The notes beneath the pieces are model-generated. The model saw nothing but the letters and a program-made list of their open reading frames with translations, was not told the DNA's origin and did no database searches. The translations under genes and the position numbers were made by a program. Shown here piece after piece: positions 30,670 to 39,443 of a stretch of 64,000 nt of DNA. The stretch lies in IMG/VR virus record IMGVR_UViG_3300022921_001386. The stretch is one strand, 5' to 3'. Source of the stretch: a virus. The stretch's first letter is position 1; each line of letters starts with the position of its first letter.

Positions 30670-31730
30670 ACTGTACTTATGCCTTTATCTGCGTAGTTTA
30701 TTTCATTATGATATGCTTTATTTTTTGCACATGTTCTAATACATCTACTGAGATGTAATGGATGATTTGGTTGCCAACTTGCTGTTAATAAATCTTTATA
30801 CCAAGGGTGTTGCATTATTTCTTCTTTGCTGTGTAACAGTAAACTATTCCAGCCAGGTTCAAATCTGTTTAGTTTCTGCATTATATCTTCTCTGTTTTTA
30901 AATGCACTATCCCATAGAAAACAACACGGCCACATAGTTTGATCACTTGCTATAAATATTTCACCTTCATGGATATACTTACATATAATACTGTCAACTA
31001 CTTCTTTAGTTTTTTCGGCATCAGCTTTATGAGATTTATACTCAGTAATAAACTTATCCAAGTCTTTCATTATATCTTTTTTACTATGCTCTTTACTGCC
31101 TGTGGTTGTAATAACTTTTTGTTCCGTTTGTTTTTTAGTTTTTATTTTTGCAACCCAATCGTGATAACTATTACGCATTCCAGTACGTGTAGCAAAATCA
31201 AATCCTAATACTGCGGCATGTGCTCTAGCAGTAACTAGTTCTTGCTCATTGTGATCAAAAACTATGTAGATCCATGTAGCATGACGTTGTGGTGCTGCTT
31301 CAGAAAATGCTATAATGTTGCGTTCTACAACACTCCATTTGGTGTTTACCCTATATATATGATTGGTGTTTTTGTGTCCGTCAATACAAAAATGTATATG
31401 CAACTTTCCTATATAAGTTGATGCAAGATCGCCTAGTTGTTTCCACCATGCTGCGGTATTATATCCACCGTTGGTACTATACTCACAATATGCACCTTGG
31501 CTAAGAAGGTATTCTGTCATAGCCAAACAATCAGGATTAACAATAGGATCTCCAAGAACTCCGCAAAACTTGAACTCTACTCCATTGTAATCTGCAGGAG
31601 GAAAAATACGTTGCAAATCTTGCAACGTAAATGCGTTTATTTGCAACAATTCTTTGTTGAGTGTTCTTGCACACCCTGGACAAGCTGCATTACAATCGCT
31701 GGTTATTTCTAGTTCGACTTTTTTAATCAT
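30666..31730 (-). CDS. Radical SAM enzyme with C-terminal twitch domain (GDP type)
   Basis: CNAACPGC, CGVLGDP, C...PCCF...CIRTC; start moved to ATGA overlap. Confidence 0.9.
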   Translation of the reverse strand: MIKKVELEITSDCNAACPGCARTLNKELLQINAFTLQDLQRIFPPADYNGVEFKFCGVLGDPIVNPDCLAMTEYLLSQGAYCEYSTNGGYNTAAWWKQLGDLASTYIGKLHIHFCIDGHKNTNHIYRVNTKWSVVERNIIAFSEAAPQRHATWIYIVFDHNEQELVTARAHAAVLGFDFATRTGMRNSYHDWVAKIKTKKQTEQKVITTTGSKEHSKKDIMKDLDKFITEYKSHKADAEKTKEVVDSIICKYIHEGEIFIASDQTMWPCCFLWDSAFKNREDIMQKLNRFEPGWNSLLLHSKEEIMQHPWYKDLLTASWQPNHPLHLSRCIRTCAKNKAYHNEINYADKGISTV

Positions 31731-32902
31731 ATTAAATCCACTAACTCTGGAAAGGTTTCTACAAAGTCGGTGTTCCTTTTTTGATCCCACATTTCTATTG
31801 TTTTTTTAAAGTTACGACGAAGGTTAGGATTATCATCTCTAATGTGTAGATAATCAAACAATCGATGATTTTTTTGTAGTTGTTGTAGTTTGTTGTTTGC
31901 AACGTTTATTTGTTGATCATTTAGTAGTACTGGAGTATATGCAGTTGGACCGTGCCACGGTAATAACATCCAGTTGTTCATATCAATGTCATTGTCAATA
32001 TACCATTGTTCTAATGTGTCTATGGTCAGTGCATTAAACAAGCTATAACTTGTTTGTACATATACAGTTGAAACTTCTTTTATCCGTTGATAGTTTTTTA
32101 GCCATTTTTCTTCTACCAACGGATATCTAATATAGGTACCACGTTTGCCAAAATGATCGTGACTGAATGTAATGTCAAAGTTTGTGAACTTTGATAGATA
32201 ATCGTTTACAATATCTTTGCCTTTGTATGTACTCACACTACCATTTGTATGCGATGTAATGTGTATGTCAAATATTTTATTATCAATCAACACATCAAAT
32301 AGTTTATAATACTGCTCTTGCATAAATGGCTCGCCGCCGTTACAGTGTATTGATTGTATTGTATCTGCATGTTGTAAAATATATTCAATAATAGGATCTA
32401 TATTGTTATTCCAATCACCGGATATATTAGTATGACGTATATCTAAATCTCTTTGTATTTCTATATCGGTATAATTTTTTGCCCATGTACTACTGAGTTC
32501 AGATTCGCATCCTAAACATGCAAAGTTACAGTTATTGCTTACAAGTAAATCAACAAAAATAGGTTTTTGATCTGTTAGGTTAGCACTCATTACTTGCTTA
32601 CTATAATGCATTGCCTTGTATGCATTTTCATTTGAAAACATTTGTACATTGTGTATGCTACCAGTTTGATTATAAAAACTACTACACGACTGACAGTTAT
32701 TTTTAGGATAGTTTCCTTGTAAAAAATCCTGGCGAGTAAGTTTTGCAGACTTGCTGTTGTACACTTCTTGTATAGAATTGTAGTTGTAGTTGCCAAAACT
32801 ATTAGTAGCTGCACAACAAGGTTTTACAACACCATCTCTTCCAAAATATATTTGGTTAAATGGTGCATAACAAAATGTTTTGTCTTTCCAATGCGGCGTC
32901 AT
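31727..32902 (-). CDS. Radical SAM enzyme with N-terminal SPASM/twitch-like domain
   Basis: FCYAPF...PCC...CQSC; CNFACLGC; NGGEP. Confidence 0.9.
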   Translation of the reverse strand: MTPHWKDKTFCYAPFNQIYFGRDGVVKPCCAATNSFGNYNYNSIQEVYNSKSAKLTRQDFLQGNYPKNNCQSCSSFYNQTGSIHNVQMFSNENAYKAMHYSKQVMSANLTDQKPIFVDLLVSNNCNFACLGCESELSSTWAKNYTDIEIQRDLDIRHTNISGDWNNNIDPIIEYILQHADTIQSIHCNGGEPFMQEQYYKLFDVLIDNKIFDIHITSHTNGSVSTYKGKDIVNDYLSKFTNFDITFSHDHFGKRGTYIRYPLVEEKWLKNYQRIKEVSTVYVQTSYSLFNALTIDTLEQWYIDNDIDMNNWMLLPWHGPTAYTPVLLNDQQINVANNKLQQLQKNHRLFDYLHIRDDNPNLRRNFKKTIEMWDQKRNTDFVETFPELVDLI

Positions 32903-33978
32903 TTAAACTGCTCTGCAAATGGATCAAACTCTTTGCCGCATTTCATACTGCATACTTTTAGTTTTCCATCGGCTATACTTTGTTTGTCCCAACTGTCTTG
33001 TATATTATCAAAAATACCTGTATCAAACACTGCACGTAGCCCGTGTGTTTTAGCACTGATTGCATCCTTGCCGCCTGCTGCATCAATAAAATCCCATACT
33101 TGTTCTTGCTTAGGATCATTGTGCCACCATTTGTACATACGACCAGCTGTCCAACAACATGGCATAGCAAGCCCTTCAGCAGTAATAAACAAGTTTCCTT
33201 CATCTTTTACTTTACAATGTATAGCAGCACGATCATAATAAGTGTCCATGCTGCCATGCTTTTCTTTTACTTTGTCGTATGCTTCGAGTGCCTTGTTTAA
33301 ATATTTGGCATCTGGTTTTTTAAGTTTAGCAGTTTGTTCACCTTTACGGTTTACTGCCTGATGCGATTCTTTCTTTTCGCTTTGTGCTGTTACAAATCTG
33401 CCTGTTTTCTTTTTGATGAATCTTTCACACCCCCAGGCATTAGCAAGTGCTTCTGCTTCTTCGACCTGATGTTGATTGTGTTCAAAGATTAGGAAGTCCC
33501 AACGTGCTCTGCCACCGGCATCTATAAATGCTCTCATGTTGCGTTCTACATTATCCCAAACAACACCCTGTCTATAAAGATGATTAGTATCACGCAATCC
33601 ATCTACACTGAATATAACTGCACCCATACGTCCAAATACACTTGCAAGTTCTTTCCACCATTCTACACTTTTGGCTCCTGCGTTAGTATTCATACTCAAC
33701 CACATCTTATCATTATGCTCTCTGAAGTAACGGAATATTTCCAATGTGTCTCGTGCAACAATAGGATCGCCTAAGTTGCCGCACATGTACATTGTGTTTA
33801 GCTGTGCAATAAACTCCGGTTCAAATATACGTTTACAATCATCTAGTGTAAGTTCACTCAAATCGATATGCGGATTTAATGCTCCGCCATTTTGATTGCG
33901 GTCGCACATTGGACAACTGGCTTGACAGTTTTGTGTGTTTTCCAAGTGTATTGTTTTTATGTCTTCGTACTTATACAT
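32899..33978 (-). CDS. Radical SAM enzyme with C-terminal twitch domain (GDP type; paralog of 30666-31730)
   Basis: CQASCPMC, CGNLGDP, C...PCCW...CSMKC. Confidence 0.9.
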   Translation of the reverse strand: MYKYEDIKTIHLENTQNCQASCPMCDRNQNGGALNPHIDLSELTLDDCKRIFEPEFIAQLNTMYMCGNLGDPIVARDTLEIFRYFREHNDKMWLSMNTNAGAKSVEWWKELASVFGRMGAVIFSVDGLRDTNHLYRQGVVWDNVERNMRAFIDAGGRARWDFLIFEHNQHQVEEAEALANAWGCERFIKKKTGRFVTAQSEKKESHQAVNRKGEQTAKLKKPDAKYLNKALEAYDKVKEKHGSMDTYYDRAAIHCKVKDEGNLFITAEGLAMPCCWTAGRMYKWWHNDPKQEQVWDFIDAAGGKDAISAKTHGLRAVFDTGIFDNIQDSWDKQSIADGKLKVCSMKCGKEFDPFAEQFK

Positions 33979-34195
33979 CGTGTATCAACTTTACATCTTT
34001 ACCAGGGCCAACCTTACTGGGCAAGTCGCCATACTGTTCTATATACCATTCAATAACAGCCTTGTACCAGTTTTGACTATTATGATGTGCTTTTTTATTA
34101 AACTGCCAAATATTATTGTTGGTTGCTTGTATTGTACTAAGAGCTCTTGCACTTTCTTTTTGCAGTTCTCTTACACTTAGTTCACTTATATCCAA
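33971..34195 (-). CDS. Small hypothetical protein
   Basis: 74 aa, overlaps both neighbours in the operon. Confidence 0.65.
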   Translation of the reverse strand: MDISELSVRELQKESARALSTIQATNNNIWQFNKKAHHNSQNWYKAVIEWYIEQYGDLPSKVGPGKDVKLIHDV

Positions 34196-35225
34196 TTCTC
34201 ATAAACCTTTTATATTGCGGTAGTTCTAGTTCTCCGCTGTATAACTCTTCACCTAGTGGTACTTGTTTTGTAAAACCTTCAAGAGTTTCGTGACAGTTAA
34301 CATGTTCTTTAATTTCAAAATAGTTGTTACTTTGCATTATTACCAAACTTCCAAATGGTATACTGTTGTACCAACTATCAAAATTTTCTATGTGTTCACA
34401 ACTGGTATTTATAATCGTATCCGGAACTGTCCACAATCGTTGAGTTGTCCCGTCAGCTTTGTATACATCGTATATATGTTCGTCAAATCTTATTTCATGT
34501 ATGTCTTCGGTACTAGCTTTAAACTTCCAGTTTTCCTCTACCCACTTTTTATTAAATATTTCTGCTATTTTCCAAACATTTGGATCAACATCAAAACTGC
34601 GAATATTTTCTATTTTCATTCCGCTTTCAAACAACATAGTAGCAAGAGTAGCATACCATCCTGCACAAAGAAATACTTTACCTAGTTCTACATTACATTT
34701 TTTAAGTTCATTTATTAGCCAAAGTTTACTTTGTAACTGACCTCTACTAAAACAATCTTCGTCTATTTCGATATTATTGATTTGAAAGTTTTTAAATGCG
34801 TCAACAAAATAAGTGCTATCTTTATCTTTTAAAAGTCTAAATATACTCCATATATTATCATCCATTACAGCTTTTTTTAAATCTTCGTTGCCAACTAATC
34901 TAAAAATACTATGCATATTATCTTCAAGAACTGCTTTTCTTAAATCTTCGTTGCCCGGAAGTAATCTAAATAAACTATGTAAGTTTTGTTCTAGTACTAC
35001 TTTACGCAAATCTTCAACTTCGCCAATAGCACGTATATTATCTATACATCGAAAAATGCTATGAATATTTTTTGTTAAAATAGCACTACATAAATCATCA
35101 TTAGACGTAAACTCTAATATAGAACTCAAATCATAATCAATATATGCACGGCGTAAGTTTTTAAAATATTCATCTTGTGGATTTAATATTTCAAATCTAT
35201 CTAATAGCTTATGTATTTCCATCAT
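34182..35225 (-). CDS. Class I SAM methyltransferase-like protein with N-terminal helical repeats
   Basis: SRGQLQSKLWL, LCAGWYA, SFDVD, INTSCEH, QSNNY, RFMRIG; four ~21-aa repeats. Confidence 0.65.
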   Translation of the reverse strand: MMEIHKLLDRFEILNPQDEYFKNLRRAYIDYDLSSILEFTSNDDLCSAILTKNIHSIFRCIDNIRAIGEVEDLRKVVLEQNLHSLFRLLPGNEDLRKAVLEDNMHSIFRLVGNEDLKKAVMDDNIWSIFRLLKDKDSTYFVDAFKNFQINNIEIDEDCFSRGQLQSKLWLINELKKCNVELGKVFLCAGWYATLATMLFESGMKIENIRSFDVDPNVWKIAEIFNKKWVEENWKFKASTEDIHEIRFDEHIYDVYKADGTTQRLWTVPDTIINTSCEHIENFDSWYNSIPFGSLVIMQSNNYFEIKEHVNCHETLEGFTKQVPLGEELYSGELELPQYKRFMRIGYK

Positions 35226-36852
35226 ACTTTTCCTTTAACCAATCAAAGTCATTGATGTTTTTTAGTGCTACAATATTGCCTTTATTACGAGTACCGTATG
35301 CGGTTCCTGCTTTGGCACCTTGCAAAGCATCTTCTCCGAACGGAGTATCAGGTAATACATGCATACACCAAGTCCTTAAACGTTCATTGGTTTCTTTACT
35401 TTTTTGCCTATCAATAACTTTACTCGATAACTTTGCACATTCTCTAAATGCACTTTTCCATGCATTAAAGGGATCTGTATTAAATGCTGTGATATTTGAA
35501 ACCTTTGGCATAGCTACAAACTTATCACTAATACTTGTAGTCATGTCGGCTTTGCTAGTGTCCATGTTGAGTGTTTCGTGTCTTGGAAATAACTTAATAC
35601 CTCCGTATCCGTAGACTAACCCATTTACTGGATTCTTGCTACGCCATACATGCACATGATTATACTGCCAAGTAGGAACTTGCCAATCAAAATTAAAATC
35701 ATCAACAACTACAGCATCGCCATCGACTATATAAAACATAGGTGTATCACATGCTTTTGCTGCTTCAATATGTGCTTGATGTATTCCTTTAACTCCGTGT
35801 ACTCTATGTATTACTCTGTCTGGAAATCTAGTTTTTAGATTTTCAAAATTTTCATTTGCATTTGGTTCTTGGTAACTAATAAACACTATATCATACAGTT
35901 TAGGCATACTAGCTAAAGTATCATATTCTTTTTTGTTAGCAATAAATCTAAATAACCATTCACGTCTGCTAATTTTAGCATGTTTACTACAAAGTATAAC
36001 TCCGTCGTGGAATTTGCCGTTTAAAAAAACATGATTTATTTTTCTATCAAAAGTATTGTCATGTGTAAAGTAGTGATCAAAGTTAAAATCATTAGATACA
36101 ATAACATTAGACGGAACAACATAAAACATTTCTGTACTACTTGTTTTTAATGCCAACAAATAATCATCATATGTATCAATATTAAAAACGTCATATTGCG
36201 CAGGACCACTAGCTACTGTTTTATGTTCAATTTTATTAACTATAAACCTGTGTTCAATTTCTTTTTTTGATAATTCAGCTTTTTTACTACAAAGGAATAG
36301 GCCATTATATAACTCTTTGTCATTAACTTGATGCACAAATGCATGATTTTGCGAAAGTAGCTGTACTTCGCGATGTGGAATATAATAGTTGTTAACAAAC
36401 TCTGTATTAATGCTGATATTAGCGGTACTCATCCAAAACATATCTGTCTTGCTAGTTTCTAATGCAGACAGATAATCTGCATATGTATCAATATTAAAAA
36501 CGTCATACGCACAAGGACTACTTGCTTGTATATCAACTTCTTTTTTATTAACAAAAAATCGATGTTGCAACTCTTTAACTGACACCTCCGAAGATTTTGG
36601 TATTAGACAAACTCCATCATAATATTCATTGTTTTTAAATACATGTACATACTCTGTGCTCCATGCATCTGGCTCGTAATCAAAGTTAAAGTCATTGTTT
36701 ATTATAATGTCAGGCCAGACTACCCAAAACATCTTAGTAATACAAATACGCTTTGCATCATCTAATGTGCTTGCATGTTTTAAAAAAGGAAATCGTTGTT
36801 TTGCAGACTTCCACTGTTTGTTTTTTTCGCCAATAAAGATTATATCATACAT
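35209..36852 (-). CDS. Glycosyltransferase (GT-A-like) with three degenerate N-terminal repeats
   Basis: C-terminal YDIVFISY.EPNA, GVKGIH.AH, VDGD (DxD), YGYGGIKLFP; start set at MYDIIF by the leaderless promoter. Confidence 0.7.
   Translation of the reverse strand: MYDIIFIGEKNKQWKSAKQRFPFLKHASTLDDAKRICITKMFWVVWPDIIINNDFNFDYEPDAWSTEYVHVFKNNEYYDGVCLIPKSSEVSVKELQHRFFVNKKEVDIQASSPCAYDVFNIDTYADYLSALETSKTDMFWMSTANISINTEFVNNYYIPHREVQLLSQNHAFVHQVNDKELYNGLFLCSKKAELSKKEIEHRFIVNKIEHKTVASGPAQYDVFNIDTYDDYLLALKTSSTEMFYVVPSNVIVSNDFNFDHYFTHDNTFDRKINHVFLNGKFHDGVILCSKHAKISRREWLFRFIANKKEYDTLASMPKLYDIVFISYQEPNANENFENLKTRFPDRVIHRVHGVKGIHQAHIEAAKACDTPMFYIVDGDAVVVDDFNFDWQVPTWQYNHVHVWRSKNPVNGLVYGYGGIKLFPRHETLNMDTSKADMTTSISDKFVAMPKVSNITAFNTDPFNAWKSAFRECAKLSSKVIDRQKSKETNERLRTWCMHVLPDTPFGEDALQGAKAGTAYGTRNKGNIVALKNINDFDWLKEKYDGNT
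36168..36507. repeat. Exact 28-bp direct repeat CATATGTATCAATATTAAAAACGTCATA
   Basis: Copies at 36168-36195 and 36480-36507, 312 bp (104 codons) apart, encoding YDVFNIDTY. Confidence 0.85.
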
Positions 36853-36858
36853 ACAGTA

Positions 36859-36887
36859 GTTATAACATATTTTAATCAACAAGTCAA
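36859..36887 (-). promoter_or_regulatory. Sigma70-type promoter, leaderless
   Basis: TTGACT-17 bp-TATAAC with TGn; ATG 6 nt after -10. Confidence 0.7.
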
Positions 36888-36898
36888 GAACAGAATGT

Positions 36899-36906
36899 GA
36901 TAAATA
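36899..36906 (+). promoter_or_regulatory. Late-promoter-like GATAAATA
   Basis: Precedes GAGG RBS and ATG at 36930. Confidence 0.65.
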
Positions 36907-36929
36907 CTAGAGAAGAGGAACCAACAAAC

Positions 36930-38345
36930 ATGACCGATTTTATACCAGGTGAAGCATACCGACTAGATATTATTACAGCAGACGAGACAGTGATTGTCGA
37001 CAGCTGGCAGGGACAGATTAAAGCAAGTGTTGTTGATATCAATGGTATTATACTAGTCGATGTTGATACTGGAAACTTATACGGTACGTTAGTTGGTACA
37101 ATTGAAGACGCTAACGGCAATACTGTTTTATCCTCAACAGGTGATCTAACTGGTAGTGTTACTGGTAGTGTATACGACAACGACGGTGCTTTAGCATTTG
37201 ATGGCGAAAACGGAACGGTTATTGCTAATGTTGTTGGCAATGTTGTAGATAGCGAAGGCGATATTATTGTTAATACCGGAGCAAAATCTATTACTGCTAA
37301 TAGTATTACAGGTGATTTTTATGGCAACCTAACAGGTAGCATCACAGCAGATAGTGTAATATACGGTACATTTAATGGCGATTTTAACGGTACAAGTTAT
37401 GGAGACTTTTTTGGAGATACTACAGGTACACACACAGGCGATGTAGTAGGTGATGTAGTAGGTGATGTAACAGGCAATGTCACAGGCAATCTTACTGGCG
37501 AACTACTTGCTATCCAGCCAGGCGATGATATTGCTACACGTCTTACCGGACATAACAACACTGGCGGATACAATCAGTGGGAGTTTTACGGTGGACTTGC
37601 ACACCCAGTGTATCCTGCAGAAGATGCTGTTGCACGTGGTCCTATAGTAAATATTGGTGCAACTAGAGCCGACACAGAAGTAAGAGCCAACTTAAATCAT
37701 TATGATGGCACGCCAGTGATGAGATTGTCGTTGGAGAGTTTGCCGACTTACAAAGCTGATTTTATGGGAAGACTTATTGGAGCAGTTGCATACGACACAC
37801 AAGGCGATGATGGTATTACTAATATTATATCTGGAGAAAGCAATGGTACACGTATTAGTGGCATAAATGATAAGATAAATATTGGTGATGAAAATGACGA
37901 AGTAAATATCATTGCCGATAGTCTAACTATACAAACGGATTCAATAGACTCGCTTTCGCATAGAGGATCAAATAATAACAAAACATCTCTACTAAACAAT
38001 GACGAACTTTTAAGTATTGAAAGTTGGGGTTACAACGGAACTGAATACAAACGAGGCGGAATGTTTGGATTTAAAGTTGACGGCACACCTGATGCAAACG
38101 GAAATACCATACCAACAGGGTTTGGTGTTCAGCTGAGTACATCTACTAGTACACACGTTACAAATATAGCAAACAGACTAGAGTTTAATAACAAAGGTGT
38201 ATTAGAAGTTCCAATATTTAAAGCAAGAGGCACCACATTTGCCGACAGAGATAGTATGATAGCAGAAGCAGGCATGATATTATTTAATACTAGCAACAAC
38301 AAGTTTCAAGGATACAACGGAACTTCTTGGGTTGACTTAGGTTAA
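36930..38345 (+). CDS. Tail fibre-like structural protein
   Basis: Many G-x-(V/F/L)-x tetrapeptide repeats; C-terminal RD...AGMILFNT..NKFQGYNG..W module shared with 3309-4991. Confidence 0.75.
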   Translation: MTDFIPGEAYRLDIITADETVIVDSWQGQIKASVVDINGIILVDVDTGNLYGTLVGTIEDANGNTVLSSTGDLTGSVTGSVYDNDGALAFDGENGTVIANVVGNVVDSEGDIIVNTGAKSITANSITGDFYGNLTGSITADSVIYGTFNGDFNGTSYGDFFGDTTGTHTGDVVGDVVGDVTGNVTGNLTGELLAIQPGDDIATRLTGHNNTGGYNQWEFYGGLAHPVYPAEDAVARGPIVNIGATRADTEVRANLNHYDGTPVMRLSLESLPTYKADFMGRLIGAVAYDTQGDDGITNIISGESNGTRISGINDKINIGDENDEVNIIADSLTIQTDSIDSLSHRGSNNNKTSLLNNDELLSIESWGYNGTEYKRGGMFGFKVDGTPDANGNTIPTGFGVQLSTSTSTHVTNIANRLEFNNKGVLEVPIFKARGTTFADRDSMIAEAGMILFNTSNNKFQGYNGTSWVDLG

Positions 38346-38360
38346 AATATATGTTATAGT
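38332..38360 (+). promoter_or_regulatory. Sigma70-type promoter
   Basis: TTGACT-17 bp-TATAGT with TGn, then AGGAG and GTG at 38385. Confidence 0.7.
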
Positions 38361-38384
38361 TAAAAAAAGATCATAGGAGCACAA

Positions 38385-39443
38385 GTGCGGATTTTTATTA
38401 ACGGCGAACAAATATCTCAACAATGGATCAGCGACTATACGTTAAGTAACACTGTAGATTGCTACAGTGACAAGCCAGACTGGGAACAAAATGTATTAAA
38501 ACTGTTGCACAACTGGCATTCACAAAGTGGGTATAGCTATGGACATAGAGGTGATAAGTTTGTTAATCTCAGTACCAGTGGCACCACTGGATTTCCACAA
38601 CAAATTGGACACACTAAAGAAACTATAGAACAAGTTGTAAATGCAAATATCAAAACATTAGGGTTAGATAAAAATAGTAAAATATTAAGTTACTATTCAC
38701 CTCGTGGTATTGCGTTTAGTGTGCTAAGTGTGTATCTTGCATTGAAACTAGATTGCGAACTATACATTGAAACATTCAAAGGCATTGACTATATAAATCG
38801 TGTACACGAAATACGTCCAACACACACATTGTTATTGCCTAATGTTTGGAAAACATTATACACACACGACAAATGGAAAACACTAGATTATAGTAGTTTA
38901 CAAACTGTTATTACAGGTAGTGACTTTACACCAATAGGAATGTTAGACGAACTACGTGAACACAATCCAGGTAAAGTATACAATGTATATGGCAGTACTG
39001 AAGTGCCTCCTATAGTATTGTACAGTGAAGAAGAAAACACATACACAATAGACAGTATTGTTCCTGGAGCAGAAGTAGATATTGTAAATGGACAGATTGC
39101 TTGTAAATGGAGCAGTCAGCCCGATATATGGATTAGTGGAGATTGTGTAGACGGCGATAGAAATTGTTTTACATTACACGGGCGTAAGCACAACATGTTC
39201 AAACAAAATACTGTTAGAGTATATCCTGAACAAATCGAAAAAGCAGCAGTTGCAGCAGGAGCAGAACTTGCACTGTGTCAACAAGTAAGCAATCAATGTG
39301 TGCTACACTATACAGGTAATATAAAAGATATGAAGTTATTCAACGACACTTACAAATATATTCCAAGATTTAGACTACGGGCAGTAGATCATATTGCAGT
39401 AGACAACAATCTTAAAAAGATTATAAGGACACAAACATTTTGA
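38385..39443 (+). CDS. Short AMP-binding (ANL superfamily) adenylate-forming enzyme
   Basis: STSGTTGFP (A3), VYGSTE (A5), SGD (A7), LHGRK..MFK....VYPEQIE (A8), KKIIR (A10-like). Confidence 0.8.
   Translation: MRIFINGEQISQQWISDYTLSNTVDCYSDKPDWEQNVLKLLHNWHSQSGYSYGHRGDKFVNLSTSGTTGFPQQIGHTKETIEQVVNANIKTLGLDKNSKILSYYSPRGIAFSVLSVYLALKLDCELYIETFKGIDYINRVHEIRPTHTLLLPNVWKTLYTHDKWKTLDYSSLQTVITGSDFTPIGMLDELREHNPGKVYNVYGSTEVPPIVLYSEEENTYTIDSIVPGAEVDIVNGQIACKWSSQPDIWISGDCVDGDRNCFTLHGRKHNMFKQNTVRVYPEQIEKAAVAAGAELALCQQVSNQCVLHYTGNIKDMKLFNDTYKYIPRFRLRAVDHIAVDNNLKKIIRTQTF

Noticed and set aside
16254-33978. moaA, pqqE or nrdG assignments for the rSAM genes
   Set aside because: No partner pathway genes and no MoaA C-terminal GG motif; architectures differ
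36168-36507. 28-bp repeat as a CRISPR array or att site
   Set aside because: Only two copies, in frame within a coding domain duplication; no cas or integrase gene
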